Position numbers and translations under genes: made by a program. DNA of 64,000 nt from Camelus ferus (lineage: Eukaryota): positions 2,296,001 through 2,360,000 of the forward strand of contig NC_045697.1 of the NCBI RefSeq assembly GCF_009834535.1, given 5' to 3'. Below are positions 11,451-21,440 of the stretch, piece by piece (position 1 is the stretch's first letter; each line of letters opens with the position of its first letter). The notes under the pieces were generated by a model, which was not told where the DNA came from, did no database searches, and saw only the letters and a program-made list of their open reading frames with translations.

Positions 11451-13097
11451 ATTTTACAAAGTTCATTAATTTCTACAAAGACGTTGCTGGGATCCTGGTG
11501 GGGATGTGCTGAGTGGGTGGATGGGTTTAGGGAGCACTGTCGATGGCGTCTCTGCTCTCTGTGGTCTCCTGTGGCTTCCTTCCCCCCCACTTACCCACCA
11601 CTCCGCCATTGTCCCCTGAGCCCCCTCTGTACCCAGAGCCATCCCTGCCCTCAGGGAGCTTGGGTGGCACAGGAGGTGGGGTTCTGGAGCTGGCCTTGGA
11701 GGCTGAGTAGGGCCAGACCCGAGGAAGAGGTCCCAGGAGGCGGTCCAGGCGAGGGGAGAGCCAGCTGAGGCCGGACGTGCAGGGCATCGCCAGAGGCTCA
11801 GGGTCCCAGGGCCCAGGACCCAGGTGCCAAGGGTTTGCTGCCACCTTACTCCTCTTCTGAGTCTATAAAAGTCAAATAATCCTTGAAGACAGCAAACAGC
11901 CAACATTCCTGTAAATATTGACACATGACTTACCCCGCTGGTAAACCAGAACACGAATTCCACAGGTGAAATTTCCCCAGATACTTGCACATTGATCACA
12001 AATGTTATCCAATCCAGCTCGACTAAACATTCCATGAAAATCACAAGATTAATTGGTTTGTCTCCTTATTGCCTTAAATACTTCAAAAAGTAGACAAAAC
12101 CACAAACTGAGCGTGTCAAGCAGTTAGAGTAACGTGTTCATACTTGTTTCCGGGCGGTATCTGAGCCTCCCCCTCCCCCTCTGTCTCCCACCTGCCTGGA
12201 GCTACCTTTGCGGGGTGGGGCGGGGCGGGGCGGGGGCTGGGGTGTGTGTCACATCCTGGAGTTCCAGTAGCACTGACTGGGCCACACAGGGTGACCCGGA
12301 GGCCTGGACACTCGGGCGTTACAGCAGGGACCCGGTGTGTCCCCAGACCTGTAGCTCTTGCGCGTAGGCGGAGTCTGCATCTTTGAAGCACAGGGCTCCT
12401 CACGCCCGCCTGGGTCCTTGGCGTCCTCCGCTCTGCTCCCGGCACCGCACGCTCCCCTGTGATGCTGTCTTTGGCTCCTGCTCCCCGGGGCTCCCGACCC
12501 AGCCAGGGATATTGAAGGAGGCAGCCTTCTAGGCTACGGGCTGAGGGGTGCCGTGTTAAGGGCACTGTGGCTGCTTGGGGTTGGGGGCAGATCCAGAACT
12601 GTTCCCTCGTCCCAATCTTGATGAGTCTCGGCTTTCTCAGGTCCGGTCCGTTGATTCGCTTTCCTATAAACATCTTCTCTTCTTTGGAAGACAAACACAG
12701 ATCAGTAATTCATAAACAAATACATGCTTAATAAATAAATTCCCCATGTATATTACATTTCCCCTATTTATTAAAACTGATGAAGATGGACCTGATCTCA
12801 CGACATTCTTTAGCATCGTGGGTTCGTATTTGGGGTAAATGTAAGCTGCTTTACCAAGGAGACTCTAAACACAGTACTCAAAGAATTCAGATGTTTGGTT
12901 CTCCCACAGCTGCTCTGAGCTGAGGGTCCTCGGTCAGCAGTCATGAGTATTCAGGGCTCCAGGCCTGTCCAGGATTGCGTCTGCCTCATAGAAGCTGGGT
13001 CCAGCTTTTGGGAAGTGGGGACCCTGTTCAGCCTCACACCAGAGGTCTGTCCACAGAACCCTGGGTTCAGGTAAAGTAGATGCCAGAGGCAGCCCTG

Positions 13098-13142
13098 GGT
13101 GTGTGTGTGTTTGTGTGTGTTTCTGTGTGTTTGTGTGTGTGT
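13098..13142. repeat. Interrupted (TG)n microsatellite
   Basis: Seen directly. Confidence 0.9.
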
Positions 13143-13281
13143 TGGATACAAGAAGGGAATCCCCTCCTGCCAGCAGGAGAGAGGGGTGAGTCAGGGAGCT
13201 CCAGGCAGGCTCCCTGGAGGAGGTGGGAAGTGGGAGTCTTGGGTTCTTCATGACAGGTACGTTCTTTTCCTGGAGCACAAC

Positions 13282-13315
13282 TGTGTGTGTGCGCGTGCGC
13301 GTGCGCGTGCATGTG
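13282..13315. repeat. (TG)n(CGCGTG)n alternating tract
   Basis: 34 bp of perfect purine-pyrimidine alternation. Confidence 0.9.
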
Positions 13316-13349
13316 GCTTTCTGGGAGAGGACCCAGAGGGCAGGAGGCA

Positions 13350-13570
13350 GGTCCAGGGCTCTGGCCTCGGCCAGCCAGGGCTGGAATCCAGCTGTGAGAC
13401 TAAGCCCGGGGACCTCACCACCCCGAGCCTCAGGGCTCCTTATCTGTCAGATGCGAGTAATGCCGCTGTGGGGCGGATCGGCCCCGTGGAGACTCTGTCC
13501 AACGCGGACAGACAGAAAGACGCGGGCTCTGGAGTTGCCATCATGGCTGTTTCACTGTTACGATGGTAAT
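13350..13570 (+). mobile_element. MIR
   Basis: GGGCTGGAATCCAGCT...GAGCCTCAGGGCTCCTTATCTGTCAGATG core. Confidence 0.6.
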
Positions 13571-14069
13571 CTGTTGCGGCTGTGGGTGTGTGGTCCTCGG
13601 AGAAGAGCAGAGGGACCTGAGGGAGCCTGGACCTGCTGAGCTGGGGGAGGGGTAACCACTGGTCTGAATCCCCAGGACAGTTCCAGCTCCCCTGGGGCCG
13701 GGTGGGGGTTGCCGGGAAGCTGCCTCTGGGGAAGAGGGCCCCATCAGCCGGGGCAGACCTCAGTCCCTCCGAGTGTCCTCCACACCCAGAGGCTCTGGAA
13801 AATGACAACTGGCTCAGTGAATTCTACTCTGGTACAGAGTGAGCAGCGTGATTAATTTTTCATGTTCTGCTCGTCTGGGCATTGGTGCAGCATCTTCTTT
13901 GTACTTTGCCTGCTCTCCTCACCTGCCAAGCACTTAACCCTTGGTGATTGTGGGCAAGTTCTGGCTTTGCACCAGGGCCCGGCCCCTTGGAGCTCCCTGG
14001 GCGGCAGCCTGCCGGGTGCCCCCTCCATGGGAAGGCAGCCTGGGGCCGGGCACTGAGCCTGAGCTGTCG

Positions 14070-14240
14070 ACTCAGTCAGGCCTGGGTGGGAATCCAGGCT
14101 CTGCCTCTCTCGAGCTGCCCCTAGCCTCCCTGGACCTCCATTTCCCCAGCTGTAACATGGGTTCAGCAGTGGCAGCTGGGCTGCAGGGCTGAGGTCAGAA
14201 AAGGTACCACGTGCCTGCACATAGTAGGTGTTTCACTCAG
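14070..14240 (+). mobile_element. MIR
   Basis: CCTGGGTGGGAATCCAGGCTCTGCC...CCTCCATTTCCCCAGCTGTAACATGGG...GTGCCTGCACATAGTAGGTG. Confidence 0.75.
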
Positions 14241-14517
14241 GTTGGCGGGGAGGAGACCCAGGCAGAGGCCTGTGGCTGCGGACTCCGGAGGGGCAGGAGA
14301 CCCCGTGGGGGGTGGGTGCAGAGGTGAGGGATTTGGGATTAATGGGGGAAGGGGTCTGCAGTGGGAAGTAACTAGACACGCGCATCTATGGAGCAGGTGC
14401 CCCTCCGCGTTGCCATGGAGATGGGCTCCACTGGGAGCTGCTTGACAAACGCCCCCGCCAGGAGCAGACCCTGCTCTGGGTGGGGGCTCTGTTTTTACTG
14501 TTTCTGGCTCTATTTTA

Positions 14518-14680
14518 AGCTAATGTTTACTGGGCATTCACTGGGGGTCAGGTGTGCCCTGGGGTGATCCCGTGATCCTCGTCATCCCCATTTTACAGGT
14601 AAGAAAACCGAGGATGGTGGAGTTTGTGAAATGTGCCGAGTCAGCAGGTAACAGGCATGTGGAATGGGGCTTGGGCAGCA
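14518..14680 (-). mobile_element. MIR
   Basis: AGCTAATGTTTACTGGGCA...ATCCCCATTTTACAGGTAAGAAAACCGAGG. Confidence 0.75.
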
Positions 14681-16189
14681 GGGCTGAGGGGCCCTTGGAG
14701 GGGACACTGAGGAAGCCTCAAGGGCTCATGTCTGGACTCTACCCCGACTTGCCATGTTGTGGCCCCAGGTCTGCTGGGAGGATGGCGGACCTCCGAGAGC
14801 ACACAGCCGTGTCCTGGGATCCTCTGATGTCAGCTCCGCCTGGTTTCCTTGTTGATCTCTGGGCAGCGGGCAACCCCCCCAGTGCTGAGCGAGCAGGACA
14901 GAGCCCGGACCACTAAGAGGGCAGGACATCAGTGCTGGCACCTCCACAGATCATCCCGCGGACTCAATGCCTGGTCACCTTGGGATGGGCACCCCCACTA
15001 CCCCTGCTGGAACCTTCCAGTGTGGCAGGCAGCCCCGAGCATCCTTAGAGCAAGGTCCCCTCTGGGCAGGGTTGGGAGGGAAGAGGCAGGGGAGCCGGGA
15101 GCCTGGGAGAGGGGGCAGGACCCCCAAGGAGACAGACAGGAAAGACCTGCGTCTGTGCTGCGTGGCCCAGAGTGGCGGCTGCTGATGTCTGACTGCACGT
15201 GTGCACAGTCCTCTCTGCTGCCCGGGGCCCTGGGGACCAGCGGAGACTCAGGGTCTCGTCTGCACCCTGTGGATGAGGAGGCCCCACAGCTCTCTGCTCC
15301 TCTCCCAGGACACTGGTCTGGAACGGGAGCTCCATGTCCTGAATTCATCTGATCCTCACTCCTCCCCCGAGGATGCTCCAGCTGGCCTGGGTCCCCCTGG
15401 TGAGTGAGGAGGAGACAAGCCCTATCTCAGGGAGTGAAACCTGGGCTCCCCAAGAAACAGAAGTTCAGGTTGCAGAGAAGAGGAGGTGGGGAGGGGAAGG
15501 ACGGGAGGGGAGGAGGTGGGGGGAGGGATGGGGGAGAGCAGGAGGGAGGAGGGGTGATTCTCTGCCTCATGTCCCACTAGACCCTTCCAATGGTTCTCAT
15601 GATGATTCTCCTTCCATTCTTAGGGCCCTCAAAAGCTTTGGAGCCTCGAACTTGGCCCCACTGGCCTCTGGGCTGCAACCCCAAAGAATGACGGGGTCTG
15701 GCCCTGAGAGCCACTCAGTCCAGCCTCTGACCTGGGCTGTGGTCAGACACTGGGACCTGGGTGACCTGGAGGTCCTTCCCAAGGTGGGGCCTGTGGCCCA
15801 GACACGTCTCCCATGGGCTTCCTGGTCCCCTTTTGCCATCAGGCCTGAGGTCAGCTCTGGGTGTCTGGTGGTCTCGGGGGTCCTGGGAGGCGGTGGGAGA
15901 CAAGCAGAAACAGGGCAGGGGCTGATCTCCTCCACCGGTACCTGAGCCTAAAAGAGGGCGGGGCTCCTCTTGCTGCTCCAGTCTCCTCTTCCCTCTGGAG
16001 GGTGGGGGTCCAACCCCGGCCCGCTAGCAGACCCCCCAGGAGCCTGGTCTCCCGGGGGTGGGGGCTGGGGCACTGGAGCCAAGAGCATCCACGCGGGAGG
16101 GGTGGCCCCTCTTCTGTGGAGCCGCAGCTCCCGATGGAAAGGAGTCGCTAAAGAGACGGTCATCACCTCCTGCCCCCGAGCCCGCATCC

Positions 16190-17080
16190 CCTCCCCTAAA
16201 TAATTTAGACAAACTCACACCCCTGTCACCACGGCTGCCCAGAGCTCTTTTTATCAAAATCAGAGAACAGGAGGCGGCCACAGGCTGTCTGATTTGGGGA
16301 AGCTGCATAATGCATGAGCCGAGACGGGTTCCCTCGGGCCGCCGCAGAATCTGAGCAGCTCAGCCCCCACCTGATGCAAACGAAAGTGAGTCTGTGCACT
16401 TTTCTCTATAAATAAGGGTTTGCCTGTGGCTCCGGCCGAGCTGTTGGTGCGGGAGATCTATGTGTAATTGGCTCGTGCTTTGGGGACTGTGGTTCCGTGC
16501 TGCCGCAGAATCCCTCATCTGGGGACGTGATCGCCGGCCAGGCCTCGGCCGTCGCTGGTTGGGCCTCCTCTCTGAGTCGGAAACAGCGATGTTCTTTGTT
16601 TCCCAGGAGAAATCCCGGGAGACGCTGAGGCGCAGGGGGGGGGGGGCGCTGCGAGCGGTGGGGGGGGGGGGGGGGAGCGCGCCTCCCGCGGGGCCTGGCC
16701 TCCTCTCCCAGGCTGGAGGCGTCTCAGCCGGGGGCGTGGGCGGCAGCTGGGAGCTCTGCGCCCCTGACGCTGGGCCGCGCTTTTCTCCAGACCGGGACCG
16801 CGTGCTCCCCCTTTTCTGGCCTCTGTTGCTGCTGACGGGAAGGCGGCCTCTGGCCTGGGCGTGCCGGCGCCTCCGGGGGGACCTGCAGGCTGTGCGCGCC
16901 CTCCTGTCTCACCTGCTCAGCCCACTGCACGCCTTCTGTCTTCCACCCGAGGACTCCTTTTCCCGCCCTCTCGGAGAACGCCGTCACCCTCTGAGAACCG
17001 GCCCCCGGGCTCTCTTCTCGCCTGCACCAATTCTGGTTCTGTGCTGGGCTCCCCGCAAAGCGGCCTTCGTGCCACTAACC
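16190..17080. promoter_or_regulatory. CpG-island-like region with upstream TATA/MEF2 motif; candidate promoter or enhancer
   Basis: Repeat-free and CpG-dense; CTATAAATAA at 16406-16415; TGCATAATGCAT at 16304-16315; G12 and G16 runs at 16635-16675. Confidence 0.55.
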
Positions 17081-17209
17081 TGCTCTCGTAACCTGCTCTC
17101 TGTTCTGGGGAGCACCTTCTGTCCTACACATCGCCGGTTCTGCTTCTCAGCTGTGACAAGTCTGTATTGTCCACCTGTGGAATTATTTTGTTCAAAAACT
17201 ACATTTTTG

Positions 17210-17829
17210 AATTGAAAACAGAACTACCATATGATCCAGCAATCCCACTCCTGGGCGTATATCTGGAAGAGATGAAAACTCTAATTTGAAAAGACACACA
17301 CACACCCCAATATTCACAGCAGCATTATTTACAATTTAGGAAGCAACCCAAACGTCTACTGATAGATGATTGAATGAAGACGACGTGGTGTACACAGAAC
17401 ACTGCTCAGACATAAAAGAAGAATGAAATAATGCCATTTGCAGCAACATGGAGATGATCATACTAAGTGAGGTACGTCAGACAGAGAAAGACAAATGCCA
17501 TGTGATATCAAATATATATGGAATCTAAAAATATGACACAAATGAACTTATTTATGAAACAGAAACAGACTCACAAAAAAAACTTATGGTTTCCAAAGGG
17601 GAGAGCGAGGAGGAGGGATAAATTAGGAATTTGGGATTAACACATACACACTACTTTGTATAAAATAGATAAACAACAAGGAGCTACCATACATCACGGG
17701 AAACTATAATTCACTGTCTTGTAATAGCCTATAATGGAACAGAATCTGAAAAACACATATGCAGTTGAATCACTTTGCTGTACACCTGAATCTAACAATA
17801 CTATGAATTAACTATATTTCAATTTAAAA
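17210..17829 (+). mobile_element. 5'-truncated L1 (ORF2 C-terminus plus 3' UTR), cetartiodactyl/laurasiatherian family
   Basis: GAACTACCATATGATCCAGCAATCCCACTCCTGGG (ELPYDPAIPLLG), GAATGAAATAATGCCATTTGCAGCAACATGG, AAATGAACTTATTTA..AAACAGAAACAGACTCACA. Confidence 0.95.
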
Positions 17830-18091
17830 CCTGTGCTTCTGATTTGCAGGGGCTACAGTTGTGCACCTTGATGCCTGATGTTTCAGGCACTCCTGTTGCA
17901 GTCTCACGGGTGCTAACTCCTTCTTTGCTTTGTGATGTCTCAGAGGCCCCCCCCCCAGTACACACTCCTCCTCTGAGGGGGACTCACTGTGCCCCGAGCT
18001 TGGCTTCACAGGCCTCTTGCCCGCGGCCGGCTCAGGCTCTCACTTGGCACCAGAAGCTCCGTTCAGGCTCATGCTCTGTGTGACCAGTGTC

Positions 18092-18572
18092 TGTTATTGT
18101 AGCTTGAATGATGGCCTCCCAAAGACATCCATGTCCTGATCCATGCTTTTGTGAATGTGGCCTTATTTGGGAAGGGGATTTTTGTGGATATAGTTAAGGA
18201 TCTTGAGAAGAGACCGTCCTGGATTGTCCGAGTGGGCCCTAAATCCAAAGACAGCTCGGGGGAAATTTTCCTGTAGGAGAAAATCAGAGAGAGATTGGAG
18301 ACAGACAGATGGCAGAAGCCCAGCACAGAGGAGGAGGCAGTGTGTCCAGGGATGCAGACACTGAGTGATGCAGCCACTGGCCAAGGGAGGCCAGAGGCCA
18401 CGGGAGCTGGAGAGGCAGGAAGGGTCCTCCCTCGAGCCTTTGGAGGGAGCGCAGCCCTGCCCACACCTTGATTTTGGACCTCTGGACTCCAGAATTGGGA
18501 AAGAACAGATGACTGGTGTCCTGAGCCACTCATTTTATGCAAATTCATTAGGAGAGCCCCAGGACTCTAATT
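18092..18572 (+). mobile_element. MLT1C/D-like solo LTR
   Basis: GAATGATGGCCTCCCAAAGACATCCATGTCCT...GTGAATGTGGCCTTATTTGG...GGGCCCTAAATCCAA...CACCTTGATTTTGGAC.TCTGG.CTCCAGAA. Confidence 0.9.
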
Positions 18573-19159
18573 TAGTCATCTTGACCCAGAGGAATGGAGA
18601 CCTCTCCTCCAGGGAGTTGCCCGCCCCACCTAACCGCAGCCCCGCTCCCCAGCAGCCCCAAAGCCCTCTGCCTTCTGAGCTCCACCCTCAGTCTGAAACC
18701 ACAGCTGCAAATGCAGCCTCTCATTAGATGGGCCTGTTAAGGAAACAGGGCCACTGGTTCACAGGATGCCACCTGGACCCACTCGTGCATGCCTTTACAT
18801 CCTGACAAACTCCCACAACATCAAAACCACAGCCTCAGACTCACAAATGCAAGAAGAATTGAAAAAAAAAAAAAAAACCTGTAAACTTGAAACAATATTT
18901 AAGATTTCAGAACACATCTCTGGCCGGTGAAGATGCTGCGGGTTTGCTGTCTGCAGGGGACCCTCGAAGCACAGTCTGGGAGGGGATGACAGACACGATG
19001 GGTGGAGCCTCCAAGGCTGGGGAGCATCTTACGACTGGAAATGGCTTTGGTGCTGATGCTGTGTCCCCATGTGACACGAGGCGTCCCGAGAGTAGGCTGT
19101 GGAGTCGGACGACTGGCTTTGAAATCTGCTCCACGGGGTGGAGCGACTGGGTCATGGAA

Positions 19160-20585
19160 CCTGTGAGAAAGCACTGTGAGCAACTGTCTGCCAACCAACT
19201 GGATGACCTAGATGAAATGGACACGTTCCCAGAAACACCAAACCTGCCAAGACTAAATCGTGAAGACTAGAAAATGTGAATAGACCTGAAACTAGTGAGG
19301 AGGTTAAATCAGCAATAAAAGGACCTTCTGACAAAGGGAAGCCCTGGGCGTCACTGGTGCATTCTCCCAAGCATGTGAAGAACTGCACCTGTCCTTCTTG
19401 TACTTCTCTAAATTTGGAGCAGAGGCAACACTTCCGAACACGTTCTATGAGGCCAGCACTGCCTGGATGCCAAAGCCAGACAAAGACACAAGAAAAGAAA
19501 ACCACAGACAGATACCGCTTATGAACACTGACGCAAAACCCTCAGCAAAACGCTAACAAGTGAAATCCAGCAGCATGTTAAAAGAATTCTACACCATGAC
19601 CAATGGGACTTATTCCTGAAATGCAAGGATGGTTTAACATACAAAAATTGACCAGTGTCATAGACCCCATTAACAGAGGGAAGAAAAAACACCCACGTGG
19701 TTCCTTTAATTGATGCAGAAAGAGCATTTGACACAATTCAACACTCTTTCATGATAAAAACACTCAACAAACCAGAAATAGAAGGAAATTATCTCAACAT
19801 AATAAAAGCCATATGTGAACAAGCCCCAGTGAGCAGCAGTGGTGAAGGACTGAACCTTTCCTCTGAGATCGGAGACAAGGCAAGGACGCCTGCGTTCACC
19901 ACTTCTATCCGACGTGGTGCGGCAAGTCCTAACTAGAGCAGTTCATCAAGAAACAGAAGTACAAGGCATCCAAGTTGGAAAGGAAGAAATAAAATTATGT
20001 CTGTTTGTGGATTATATGCTCTTTTGTATAGAAAGCCCTAGAGATTCCATAAAAAACTGTTATAACTAATAAATGAATTCATCACAGTAGCAGGATGCAA
20101 AGTCAACACACAGAAATCAGTTGCATTTCTATACACTAAAAATGAACAATCTGAAAAGGAAATTACAAAAATAATTTATAATAACATTGAAAACAATAAA
20201 ATACATAGGAATTAACTTAAGCAAGGAGGTGAAATACTGGTAAGATAAAAACTACAGAATATTGCTGCAAAAATTAAAAACATAAATAAATGGAAATACA
20301 GCACATGTTCATGGGCTGGAAGACTTTGCACTGTTAAGATGTCAGTATTACCCAAAGTGACCTACCCATGCGACCCCTATCAAAGTCCCCGGTGATGTTT
20401 TTGCAGACACAGACCAATCCACCCACACGCACCTGGAATCTCCAAGGGACCTTCAATCGCTGAAACAATCCTGAAAAAGAGCAAAACTACAGGACTCACT
20501 CTTCCTAATTTCAAAATTTACTACAAAGCTATAGTGATAACAAAGCAGTGTGGTACTGGCATAAAGACAGACATACAGATCAGGG
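19160..20585 (+). mobile_element. Decayed L1 ORF2 (reverse transcriptase region), L1MB-like
   Basis: Translations NQLDDLDEMDTF, IDAERAFDTIQHSFMIKTLNK.EIEGNYLNIIKAI, LFVDYM (degenerate FADD motif), WYWHKDRH; multiple stops and frameshifts. Confidence 0.95.
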
Positions 20586-20772
20586 GCAGACGGGGGAGTG
20601 AGTGCTTCATGGGGGCAGTTTCAGTTTTACAAGATGAAGAGTGGGTGGCGGTGACGGCTGCACAACAATGTGAATGTACCTAATGCCACTGAACTGCCAC
20701 TTAGAAACGGTTAAGATGATAAATGTTTTGTTATGTGTGTATCTAACCACAATGAAAAAAGTTGGGAAAAAA
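20586..20772 (+). mobile_element. L1MB-type 3' UTR end
   Basis: GGTGACGGCTGCACAACAATGTGAATGTACCTAATGCCACTGAACTG..CACTTAGAAACGGTTAAGATG.TAAAT, then A-rich tail. Confidence 0.9.
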
Positions 20773-20899
20773 GTTCAGCAAATCTTTCAAGTTTTTAAGC
20801 GTTTAAGTCCTTAAGCCATTTCATTTTATCCATATATTTAAATTCCAGACAACACAGACCACCGCCTTCTTATAAGAGACGAGGAAGCGTGCACCTTTA

Positions 20900-21440
20900 C
20901 GTTCTCCCCCGCCTTCCCGCCCACCTCGTCTTCACGTTTGTCAGCTGCGTTAACTTTTTTGCATTGTCAAGATTATTTTGTTCTATAACCATAATGCCCC
21001 ATTTATTTGTCTCTAAATTAAAAAAAATTTAACTCTTACCACATCTGTTCCAGATTTTTCTTTGAGGATTCTCTCAGTTGGCCAGACTTCCTGAAATTAT
21101 TTGAATACTTTTCCCACGAGAAGAGCTTATGCGTGTTCCATTCTGTGAATTCTTTCCCGTTCAAGGCTGTGCGCCTGTGGCCTCTACCTACGAAGCGGTT
21201 CTTGGGCTACACCTTCCTTCTTTCAGAGTTTTTTAAAAAGACGTGTGTACACTCTGTAAAGCACACTCTGCGACTGTCTTGGGTCAGAGCGAGGCACGAA
21301 GGCGCCATCCCCACAGCCCGCCCTGTCTGCGCTACGGGCTCATTCTCGTCTTTCGTCCGGAGGAAGGGGCCCTCGTCTCTGACCGGGGGAGCTTGGGTTC
21401 CTGTCGACGGCGTTGTCAGTCCAGTAACTCTCCTCCTGGG
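20900..21440 (-). mobile_element. HAL1/ancient L1 5'-region fragment
   Basis: T-rich degenerate sequence resembling antisense HAL1/ORF1; weak recalled similarity. Confidence 0.4.

Noticed and set aside
19697..19936. Reverse-transcriptase-like ORF (possible retron or novel RT system)
   Set aside because: Clearly decayed LINE-1 ORF2 with frameshifts, stops and a degenerate catalytic motif.
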